Shown here piece after piece: positions 56,083 to 64,000 of a stretch of DNA of 64,000 bases. This DNA comes from an uncultured archaeon (lineage in GTDB: Archaea; Asgardarchaeota; Thorarchaeia; Thorarchaeales; Thorarchaeaceae). The translations under genes and the position numbers were made by a program. The notes beneath the pieces were generated by a model, which did no database searches, had not been told where the DNA came from, and was given only the letters and a program-made list of their open reading frames with translations. How positions within the stretch are numbered: the first letter of the stretch is position 1; every line of letters starts with the position of its first letter. Location of the stretch: NCBI GenBank assembly GCA_964558645.1, contig CAZLEV010000008.1, positions 1 to 64,000 on the forward strand. Direction: 5' to 3'.

Positions 56083-56442
56083 CTAGTAGCCCCATTCCTG
56101 TCCCAAGCGCTGACGGTACCAGCGGGATCCGCGTTTCGTCAAGGAGTACCTGCCTTGTATCTCGCTCAATAGCCCCATGTTGACCATGTTTTGCAGTACT
56201 CCATAGAGTCTGTCCTCTGAGGAGCCAGTCATCTCTGAGAGCTGGGAGAATGAGAGCATTCCCTCTCGCTTCAGGAGTTGAGCCACCTCGAACTTTCCCA
56301 CCGCACGGGTGTCCTTACGGATGATGATGTGTCCGCAGTTCGTGCAGAGGAGATCGCCTTTCTGGTCGTCACGCGCCACTTCTTTGCTTCCACAAATTGG
56401 ACAGGTTGCATTTGAAAACCTGAGTGAGCGTCTATGTGACAT
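56083..56442 (-). CDS. TFIIB-type zinc ribbon fused to a winged helix
   Basis: CPICGSKEVARDDQKGDLLCTNCG followed by LSFSQLSEMTG...L..M...GLL...GRYSLTKRG. Confidence 0.8.
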   Translation of the reverse strand: MSHRRSLRFSNATCPICGSKEVARDDQKGDLLCTNCGHIIIRKDTRAVGKFEVAQLLKREGMLSFSQLSEMTGSSEDRLYGVLQNMVNMGLLSEIQGRYSLTKRGSRWYRQRLGQEWGY

Positions 56443-56509
56443 TCTGTTCCGACCATGCCGCCTCGAACCTGAACCTAGATAAAACTAGCGAATACACCAT
56501 GAACTTTTT

Positions 56510-57019
56510 TCATGCTTGATCTGATTGAGAGAGGTTTCTGAAGAATGACTCGTAGTCGATCTCGAATCCCACCCTCTTGCCGGGCCTGACCTTCTTGTTG
56601 TCATCAGAGAACTCGGTATATCCCATCGAATCAAGTTCTCTTAGATCTGCACGGACACCTCTTCGGCTCTTCTTTCTGAACTTCTGTACCCTATCAATGG
56701 AGACCCAGCCCCCTTCCTGATATGCCAGCGTGATCACCACCAGCAGAGTAGATGCAAGCCTATCGGGAAGCGGCGTTTCTTCCAGTGAGTCTTGGGTTCT
56801 TGTACTGGTGTCTAGATAGAATACATGGTCAATCGGATTATGTCTTATCTTCAGACCGAGAGGCTCTAGTTGGTTCTGCAGTGAACCCATCTTCTGGAAT
56901 AACACATGTCTACCAGCATCCTCAGGCAGTGCCAATGCGTCGAGAAGATCAGGCACACCTGCACCAATAGGATTGCCGGTTCTGGTGAGCATTCGGATCA
57001 GGATTGCGTATTCGTTCAT
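56510..57019 (-). CDS. Kite-type tandem winged-helix SMC subunit (Nse3/MAGE-like)
   Basis: L...LEPLGLKI......FYL (WH-A) and TLLVVITLAYQEGGWVS...L.EL..MGY (WH-B); downstream of smc and kleisin. Confidence 0.7.
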   Translation of the reverse strand: MNEYAILIRMLTRTGNPIGAGVPDLLDALALPEDAGRHVLFQKMGSLQNQLEPLGLKIRHNPIDHVFYLDTSTRTQDSLEETPLPDRLASTLLVVITLAYQEGGWVSIDRVQKFRKKSRRGVRADLRELDSMGYTEFSDDNKKVRPGKRVGFEIDYESFFRNLSQSDQA

Positions 57020-57447
57020 AGTGCTCTACCAAGCCTCCTTTACTGAGTGACCGCGAGTCATGATCCCGATATTCCTTTGCGCCTTGGTCACTTCTTGTGA
57101 CTTCACTTCGTGACTCCCTATTGTGGCTTTGCATTATATACTGATTCCGCACAGCATTGTTTGTGAAGTATCATGGCTCTAGCAACTAATAACCGAACTC
57201 ACTCCGTGAAGACGAACACCATCAGAGGTCAGTCTGCTGAGGCTCTTGCTTATGCCTATCGGACGGTCCTGAGGTGATATTGGATGACTGTTCATTCTCA
57301 ATTACTCTCAGTTAGGAATAGCCGGAGTCGCAGGGCAATATCGACGCAGGCAATCTCAGAGGTATACTTCTCGAGATGAATGCTGTGTGTCCTGATGTGG
57401 TTGATACGTTGAACGATTCCTCACCTGCTAGTCGGGAGATCTCCTGA

Positions 57448-58083
57448 CTATTCTCGCAGAACTATTCTATTATCTGGATTATAGACCAGTCTGCCCCTCG
57501 CTACCAGGATCACGACGAGCAGAAACCTTCGGAGGAACTTCTCGAAGTCCTCATGTTGGACAATGTCGTCGATGGAGATCTCTCTCCCTTTTGGAATACT
57601 CTTGAGAAAATCCTCGAGGTCTCTCATGAATACAGAGTCCTCCGACTGAAACGTGAAGCCATTTGGTAACTCCGTGATCTGAGGGATGGCATCTTCTGGT
57701 GGCTCCTCGGAGAGGGCTTCAATCATATGTAGTACTCTCTCGAAGGCTCGCGAGAGGGGGATGTAACTCAGCGTATTGGTAGTGATCGGGTGATTGTACT
57801 CTATCATCCCTGCCAGGGTTCTGGGTTTCACTCTCTTCAATGCGTTGACGTAGACTTCGGGGGCGGCCAGAATTCGAGCGAGTTCTTGGACCCTTGTGAC
57901 TTTTAGGCCCAATATCTCATTGAGCATCTCATCGACATCGATTCGGCTTCCGATTTCTGCTGCAGATGCCCTCAGTTGCTGAAAAGACTTTGTCAGCTTG
58001 AAATCAAATGGATCCTCTCCCCTCGCACGGATTGCTTCTGCCATTTCGAAGACTTCCTTCGCTAGGTCACCTTCTTCGGTCAT
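57448..58083 (-). CDS. scpA: Kleisin (ScpA/Nse4-like)
   Basis: N-terminal DPFD.K; C-terminal winged helix ISIDDIV...RRFLLVVILVARGRL; directly downstream of smc. Confidence 0.75.
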   Translation of the reverse strand: MTEEGDLAKEVFEMAEAIRARGEDPFDFKLTKSFQQLRASAAEIGSRIDVDEMLNEILGLKVTRVQELARILAAPEVYVNALKRVKPRTLAGMIEYNHPITTNTLSYIPLSRAFERVLHMIEALSEEPPEDAIPQITELPNGFTFQSEDSVFMRDLEDFLKSIPKGREISIDDIVQHEDFEKFLRRFLLVVILVARGRLVYNPDNRIVLRE

Positions 58084-58096
58084 CACGTTCACCCTA

Positions 58097-61000
58097 CTAT
58101 TGTCCCTCGAATCTGGGGCTCTCAATTATCACGGAGGGTTCAGTACCCTTCGGACTGACTACGCCGATACGTCTGTCAGCATGCTTTAGCAAGTGTGTGC
58201 TCTTGGCGGGTGTGAAGATTATGAACTGACTTCTTCTTGATGAGTCATGAAGTAGCATGCTGACCATCTCAGTGTTAGTGGCGTCGAGAAACGTGTCTAT
58301 CTCATCCAGAGCGTAGACTGGTGCAGGGTTGAAACGCTGAAGAGCTAGGATGAGCCCTATCGCAATCAAGGAGCGTTCGCCTCCCGAGCCTGCGCTTATC
58401 TCCTTGTATTCCTCGCTCTTTATTCTCGATTTGAAGTCTACCCCGTATTCTCCGTCATTCATCGAGAGCTCAAACCTGACTTCTGCTGCGAACTTCACGG
58501 TGCTCAGAATATCATTTACTTCGTCCTCCACCTCTCTCAACGTTTCGTTCATACCGTTGTGATACTGTGTTCTGATATCCCGTACAGCCTCTTCCGCTTC
58601 CTCCAGTTCCTCTCGTATCTCCTCTACCTTCATGGTGAGTTCTACTAGTCGTTGTTTGAGCTTGGACTCATTCTGTGCAAGCACTTCTGATACGTCCTGA
58701 TAGTCGTCTAGTATCGCTCTGACTCGAACAAGTTCTTGACGGACATCTTCTAGAGGCCTTACACCCTCTGGACATTCCTCGCCCTCGAGTGCCTTCCGAG
58801 TTTCATCCAGCTCAATTTCCATGTTGCTCATTTGTCTCTTCAGTTGTAGGACCTGCAGTTGGCTATTCTTTATACTCAGATTGAGTTCGACGAGCTGTTC
58901 AGCGAGTTCTCTGATAACGTCTCGCGAAGTCTGAAGCTCACTGCGAACACTTGTAAGCTCTTCTTCCACCTTTTCCCTGCCTGTCTTCAACGTTTCAATT
59001 GTGTCCAGTATTGTTCTTGCCGATGACTTCGACTTCTTCATTTCCGCACGCAGTTCTTCAAGCCGGTTGCTGAGCATGACAGTATCTTCTTCAATATTCT
59101 TCAGTTCTTGTCTCTTCAGGGCCTCATCTCTCTCGGTAGCGTTGAGGTTCGCCTCTGCCTGTGAGAGATCCTGTTGTAGCCTCTTCTGTTTCATTCTGAT
59201 TGCTCGTTGCTTTCCGACAAGTCTACTTCTCTCGGGTGGCTGAGTGTTATCCAGTGCTCGGAGCTCTCTCTCAGCGATTCCAAACTGTCGTTGGAGATCT
59301 TTAAGCTCATCATCTGTGGCTACTACTCTCTCCTGCAACTCTGGGATCCCTTCCATTAGCTCCTTGCGCTTTTCCCAGGTTCTGCCCCATCTGGTGAAAT
59401 GGCTCAGGAGTTCGACCACCTCTTCTCTCTCCTCCGTGACCTTTTCCAGTTCAGCGATTATCTCTGTGACTCTCTTGGAGGCTACCTTTCGTTGCTTTTC
59501 GAGTTCTTCGAGCCGGGACTGCAGCGGCGCCGTAGAAACCAGACCCGATGGTTCTCTGGCAGGATAGCTCATTGTCCTCGTGTTCTCTGGTACCACGAGA
59601 TGCCCCTCCAAAGAAACAGTAGTGATCCCCTTCTTGCGTGCTAGCCGTGATGCCATACGCGACTCTTCAGCGACAACTATCCTGCCAAAGGCTCTTGACA
59701 ATAGCCTTTCATACAGTTTCTCTAAGGCTACGAGGTTCCAGAGTTCTCCCCGAACATCCTCATCTTCCAGGGAAACCTCATCATGGCCATCTTCATCTAA
59801 TTGGAGGAATATGATGGGGGAGGAGGCGCCCATCTGGTTCCTCAGTCTCTCCAAGAGGGCATATTCAGCTTCATCGGTCACGATAAATGAAAAAGCCAGT
59901 TCATCTCGTAAGACTGCTTCAACTGCTGGTCCGAGGGTGTTATCTGCTTCTACCATCTCTATAACTGGACCGAAGACATTGGTGAGCCCGTGTACCTGAA
60001 GGGTTGCCTTGAGATCTCTCACATTCTTGGGTATCCGTTCTGAGGTCTCTGACAACTGAATCCTCAGGTCTTCGACCTGTTTCTGGAGCTGTGCAGCTCT
60101 AGTGTTCTCTCTGAACCTCTCCTCATTGAGAGTAGCTAGACGGTTTTCAAGGGACGACTTCGTCTTGGCCAAGTCCTTCTGATCGGTGCTCTCCAACGAG
60201 TCCCAGATGTTTCCCCATCGACTCTGGATACTCTCCAATTCGGCCTCGTCGACTTGGAGCCGTTCTCTGAGGCTTCTTAGCATCACATCCTTGCTCTCTA
60301 CCTGTCCTTGAAGGGCTTTGTAGGTGCCATAAGCCTCAGCTCTCTTCGTGTTCCACTCTGAGAAGATAGCCATGGAGTCTTCTAGTTCGTCTTGTTCTTG
60401 TTCAAGCCCTTCGAGTTCAATTTTGAGCCGCTTCAGGCTCTCCATATACTCCTCTTTCGCATTTGACCCTCTCCTCAGGTCGGCTATTATTTTGCTCTTC
60501 TTCCTCTCTTCGTTCTTCATTTCTTGTTCTAGTTTTCGGACTTCGAGACCGGCTTTCTTGCTATCATCCTCAAGTCTGAGTAGTCTGTTCTCCTCTTCCT
60601 TGACTCTCGCATCGATGTTACCTATCTCGCGCTGGAGTTTCTCCATTCTCTCTTCAATGGCTTCTGATTTCTCCTCTTCTTCAGATCGTTTTGCCTCGAG
60701 TTCGGCAGACTCAGCGATGACTTCTCCTAGACCCTCTTCTCTCTCCTCAGTTTCAGAGCGAGTATCCTCGAGCTTCTTCTCCAGAGTCGCTATCGTTGCC
60801 CATTTCAGCTCAAGCTCGAGCTCTTTTTCTGTGGCTTGAAGCTCTCTCTTCCGGAACAGACGCTTCAAGTCCTTCTGAAGGAGTTCAATCTCTTGCTGGA
60901 CTACCTGTGCCTCGGAGACCGCTGATTCTAATCGTCTCTTGTCGTGGGCGACCTGTGTTTCCTGAGAGCTAATCCGGTCTCTGAGAACCCCGAGTCCTGT

Positions 61001-61471
61001 CCCCTCTTCAACAAGTTTTCTTACCTCAATAGGATTCATATCACGAAGTGCATTGATTCTCTCCTGAGGCATGAACACGAGGGGGTTGTCAACATCAATC
61101 CCCAATCTCTCGACGGCGTTGTTGTGCTCTGCCGCTTTGACTCGCTTGCCGTCAATATAGGCGCGAGGTACTCCATCTCTGTCAATCTTTCTGAGTAGTT
61201 TCTGTGTCTGGCCGTCTGAGACCACAGTCAACTCAATCTCTGCGGAGCTGGCTCCGTAACGAATGAAATCACTCCACTTAGAGTATCTCTTCTCTCGCTG
61301 ATTGGAGCCAAGTGCGAATTTCACCGCATGAAAGATGGATGTCTTCCCTGACCCGTTGGGCCCTGTGATAACAGTGAGACCTGGATCGAACTCCACAGTC
61401 CCCTTGTAGAAGGAGAGGAAGTTCTCTAGCCTGACGCTAGCCAGACGAATCTCAGCCTCACTCAATATCAC
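58097..61471 (-). CDS. smc: SMC ATPase of the SMC5/6-like type
   Basis: LENF, GPNGSGKT, Q-loop NPLVFMPQERI, long coiled coils, hinge FGP...AVE..L...L..SFIV, SGGERS, ALDEIDTFLD, QFIIFTP. Confidence 0.92.
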   Translation of the reverse strand: MILSEAEIRLASVRLENFLSFYKGTVEFDPGLTVITGPNGSGKTSIFHAVKFALGSNQREKRYSKWSDFIRYGASSAEIELTVVSDGQTQKLLRKIDRDGVPRAYIDGKRVKAAEHNNAVERLGIDVDNPLVFMPQERINALRDMNPIEVRKLVEEGTGLGVLRDRISSQETQVAHDKRRLESAVSEAQVVQQEIELLQKDLKRLFRKRELQATEKELELELKWATIATLEKKLEDTRSETEEREEGLGEVIAESAELEAKRSEEEEKSEAIEERMEKLQREIGNIDARVKEEENRLLRLEDDSKKAGLEVRKLEQEMKNEERKKSKIIADLRRGSNAKEEYMESLKRLKIELEGLEQEQDELEDSMAIFSEWNTKRAEAYGTYKALQGQVESKDVMLRSLRERLQVDEAELESIQSRWGNIWDSLESTDQKDLAKTKSSLENRLATLNEERFRENTRAAQLQKQVEDLRIQLSETSERIPKNVRDLKATLQVHGLTNVFGPVIEMVEADNTLGPAVEAVLRDELAFSFIVTDEAEYALLERLRNQMGASSPIIFLQLDEDGHDEVSLEDEDVRGELWNLVALEKLYERLLSRAFGRIVVAEESRMASRLARKKGITTVSLEGHLVVPENTRTMSYPAREPSGLVSTAPLQSRLEELEKQRKVASKRVTEIIAELEKVTEEREEVVELLSHFTRWGRTWEKRKELMEGIPELQERVVATDDELKDLQRQFGIAERELRALDNTQPPERSRLVGKQRAIRMKQKRLQQDLSQAEANLNATERDEALKRQELKNIEEDTVMLSNRLEELRAEMKKSKSSARTILDTIETLKTGREKVEEELTSVRSELQTSRDVIRELAEQLVELNLSIKNSQLQVLQLKRQMSNMEIELDETRKALEGEECPEGVRPLEDVRQELVRVRAILDDYQDVSEVLAQNESKLKQRLVELTMKVEEIREELEEAEEAVRDIRTQYHNGMNETLREVEDEVNDILSTVKFAAEVRFELSMNDGEYGVDFKSRIKSEEYKEISAGSGGERSLIAIGLILALQRFNPAPVYALDEIDTFLDATNTEMVSMLLHDSSRRSQFIIFTPAKSTHLLKHADRRIGVVSPKGTEPSVIIESPRFEGQ

Positions 61472-61480
61472 ATACTACTC

Positions 61481-62551
61481 CTATCTTCCCATTATCCTTG
61501 CTAGTCGGTCGTGAGTCTTCTTTGCCCTCAGCAATCGTGTAAGCCTTTCTTCTGAATCTCCCTGAAGAAGGAACGGATATCTGTTCAGTATATCCAAGTC
61601 GTCGTTAGATAGAGGCAGGTTTGAATTCAGGGTTTCGATGACACCCTGGGTCTTGTGATACTCTTCTCCCACAGCCAACAGATAGAGCTGATCCAGGAAG
61701 TCATCTGGATACAGAGCCTGGGTCCGGTCAATCTCTTGTCGGGGTCGAGTCTCTACTTTTCGCGAGAGTCGCTTCAAATCTGAAACATTGCCGACCGGCT
61801 GGATGCCCGTAGTTTCTAGAAGGTTCTCTAACTTCTCCAATGTCATATGATTCGTTTCTGCGGGCGGATTGAGTAGCAGGCCTACCGCCAGGTGTTTCAA
61901 ATCTGCAAAGCTCCAGCCCTTGGTCGCATCTGTTACGATTGCCAAATCGATATCCTCTCTGTCTTTGAAGAATTGCTCGAAGAACCTAGTCCGATCTTCG
62001 GCATTGGGCTCCTCCAACATAATCGTCCTGTCAAACTGCAGTGCAAGTTCGGGAGGTAGTTCTTTGGGGCGGGTCACGGCAGCAACCACAAGGGTCTCAT
62101 CTCCATCCCATGTGGTCTCTTCCAGCTCACTTCTCAGTATTGATATGACATCATCGTTTCGTCTGAGTACTGACTCAAAGTGTCGGATATAAAGAATGAC
62201 TGGTGCATTTCTTCTTGCATACTCGAATACTGCCCTAATCGACTGGACTGCTTCACCTACGTCGGCTGATAGTAAGGCAAGTGAAACAGTAGCGAGTTTC
62301 AGGGGGATTTCTTTTGCTAGATGAAATGCATATGCACCGAAGTCTGTCCCTGGGGGGCCTACCAGAAGGATTCTTCCTCCAAAGAGTAACCCCATCGCAT
62401 CAAGTTGTTCCGTCATCATCGAGTAGTTGTCTATGACTGTCCTCATCAGTTCCGCCTGTCTAACGACACTGAACTGGCTGTGGCGCTGGGTCGGCAATTC
62501 CTCTGGATTCTTTATCTCGATGAGTTCGGAATAGGAAGTTTCTGAGCCCAA
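61481..62551 (-). CDS. Catalytically inactive classic-clade AAA+ protein
   Basis: ILLVGPPGTDF, AVFEYARRNAPVILYIRHFE, AAVTRP, FDR.I....P....R, T.GWS.ADL scaffold; Walker A Lys, Walker B DE and Arg fingers absent. Confidence 0.85.
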   Translation of the reverse strand: MGSETSYSELIEIKNPEELPTQRHSQFSVVRQAELMRTVIDNYSMMTEQLDAMGLLFGGRILLVGPPGTDFGAYAFHLAKEIPLKLATVSLALLSADVGEAVQSIRAVFEYARRNAPVILYIRHFESVLRRNDDVISILRSELEETTWDGDETLVVAAVTRPKELPPELALQFDRTIMLEEPNAEDRTRFFEQFFKDREDIDLAIVTDATKGWSFADLKHLAVGLLLNPPAETNHMTLEKLENLLETTGIQPVGNVSDLKRLSRKVETRPRQEIDRTQALYPDDFLDQLYLLAVGEEYHKTQGVIETLNSNLPLSNDDLDILNRYPFLLQGDSEERLTRLLRAKKTHDRLARIMGR

Positions 62552-62729
62552 TTCTGATGCCCCATTTAGTATCTTCTATGCTCACCTAATATCCCCATAT
62601 TACATCTTCGGAGCTAACATAATTCCGCGCCTTCCGAGAAATGATTCGGAAGGTTTCTTTCATGGTCTGACCATAGTATCAATAAGCAGAACTAAGAGAT
62701 GAAACTCATTACGGTGAGAGTGACACTAT

Positions 62730-64000
62730 ATGGCCAGTCGAAATGAGCTTCTCAGAGAGAAGGTCTGGAACGTAATCGGAACGGTGGAGAGCAGAGGGCT
62801 TTTCGTACACTCAGAAGACCTGCCGATACGGTACAATCCATCTGGAGGAGCCTCTACCAAGAAGTCTAGCCTTCCTCTGATCGTTGGCGCATGCGTGTTG
62901 AATTCGCTGGTGCCTAGGTCTGCTATGTTACTTGTCGGCGGCCATGGTGGCGGGAAGACTACTCTCATCAAGCTGCTGGGTCGGATGATGACAGGAAGCA
63001 GCATAGACCAGATCGAAGAGGGTATTCTTCACGGGCATCCTCAGCTCACTGAGGAGAAGATGGTAGCTACTCTCAAACCGGGCCCTCTCATGAAGGAGGG
63101 CAAAGAGGTTGTTGTGTGGCGAAGGTTTGTGACAGGTTTCTGGAAGATTCTGGATGAGATCAACCGACTGACACCACACGCTCAGAACATCCTGCTCTCT
63201 ATGCTTGCGGAGGGAGAACTGAAGTACTATGATGAGGTCAAGAGATGTGAGGAGTATTGCCTTTACGCAACCATGAATCCATCTGATTCCGGAACTTTCG
63301 ACTTGGCACCTCCCTTCTTGGACAGGTTTGGCATCGCCGTTCCCATAACAATGCCTTCAGTTGACGACTTGGAGTTGATTCTTGCTTCTCGCGACGAGAA
63401 GCTCTTCGGATACGATGAGCTCTGGCAAGTTCCTGCAATCCTCGAAGTTGAAGACCTCTTGACAATCTGGAATCTTGCCGACAAGATGCCTGTGGTCTCT
63501 GAGGCATCAGAATTCATGAGGGCTCTAGTGAGAGAGTTCGGCGCATGCATTCGTGTGGACAAGAGCCAAGTCCAAGATCCCAACATCGATTCCGGATTAT
63601 GCGATGGCTGTCACTTCAATACTGCCAAGAGTGTCTGCAACAAAGTACTGATACCTCTCTCAGTTCGAGCTGCCAAAGATCTGAATCGCTACTCAAAGGC
63701 GGCAGCCTGGCTTTTTGGAGCAAGTGAGGTGAACGTCGAGATTGTGAAATCCATAGCTCCCCTCGTCTTCTGGCACAGGACCAGCTTCAGTCGTGAGGAG
63801 ATTGCAAAGCCACCCTTCTACGGCAATCAGTTCCAATTCACACAACATCTTGTGGAACTCGCGTCCGCTCGTTTTGCCAAGAGAGCGGCTGCTTTCGCAT
63901 TGATTGAGAAGTTCAAGCACGGGAAGGCTTCAAAGAAAGACCTCGACGAACTGCGAGAGATGTCAAAGAGCGACTTGCTCGTGAAACTCGACTACGTCCG
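62730..64000 (+). CDS. MoxR-like AAA+ ATPase (partial, runs off the window; not in the ORF track)
   Basis: Translated by hand from the ATG at 62730: LLVGGHGGGKTT, ILDEINRL, YATMNP.D.GTFDL.PPFLDRF, LSVRA; open to the end of the window. Confidence 0.88.
   Translation, partial: MASRNELLREKVWNVIGTVESRGLFVHSEDLPIRYNPSGGASTKKSSLPLIVGACVLNSLVPRSAMLLVGGHGGGKTTLIKLLGRMMTGSSIDQIEEGILHGHPQLTEEKMVATLKPGPLMKEGKEVVVWRRFVTGFWKILDEINRLTPHAQNILLSMLAEGELKYYDEVKRCEEYCLYATMNPSDSGTFDLAPPFLDRFGIAVPITMPSVDDLELILASRDEKLFGYDELWQVPAILEVEDLLTIWNLADKMPVVSEASEFMRALVREFGACIRVDKSQVQDPNIDSGLCDGCHFNTAKSVCNKVLIPLSVRAAKDLNRYSKAAAWLFGASEVNVEIVKSIAPLVFWHRTSFSREEIAKPPFYGNQFQFTQHLVELASARFAKRAAAFALIEKFKHGKASKKDLDELREMSKSDLLVKLDYV

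Noticed and set aside
56510-61471. Wadjet/MksBEFG defence system or Rad50-Mre11
   Set aside because: No JetD/Toprim nuclease or Mre11; the protein has a true hinge rather than a CxxC hook; head motifs are SMC5/6-like
457-63920. Numerous short antisense or overlapping ORFs in the track
   Set aside because: Shadow ORFs of confidently assigned genes, with no motifs
1-64000. CRISPR array, rRNA, transposase/integrase, reverse transcriptase, Sec/Pyl readthrough
   Set aside because: No regularly spaced repeats, rRNA motifs, DDE/tyrosine-recombinase or YxDD ORFs seen; recognised genes are full length without internal UGA/UAG (checked by eye only)

Overview
Gene-dense 64-kb archaeal chromosomal segment, most likely from an Asgard archaeon (Thorarchaeia-like). 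This assignment is inferred from longin-domain proteins, an archaeal single-domain ZPR1, DUF2070/DUF2299, thiolase-DUF35 and giant Ig-repeat surface proteins. The left end (1-4.0 kb) is a small toxin-antitoxin cluster (PIN fragment, HEPN-MNT pair, orphan HicB) around a beta-helix surface protein, and its first ~125 nt look foreign. The middle carries housekeeping and metabolic genes: nadE, tandem OsmC, a nitroreductase/V4R/homocitrate-synthase-like operon, acyl-CoA dehydrogenase, thiolase/DUF35, porDAB, ubiX, a PadR-regulated heterodimeric ABC exporter, hppA and tRNA-Ala(UGC). The best candidate for an undescribed system is at the right end (56-64 kb): an SMC5/6-type SMC with a kleisin and a kite (Nse3/MAGE-like) gene. 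The SMC gene is preceded by a catalytically dead classic AAA+ gene, the kite is followed by a TFIIB-zinc-ribbon/winged-helix gene, and an intact MoxR-like AAA+ is transcribed divergently. Other highlights are an NPRL2-like longin protein next to a 7-8-TM sensor, an 1877-aa Ig-array/TM/longin receptor-like protein, two further pseudoenzymes (HD-domain, LarA), a ~260-nt structured intergenic RNA candidate and recurrent C-rich-loop hairpins. All calls come from reading motifs by eye; no database searches were run.
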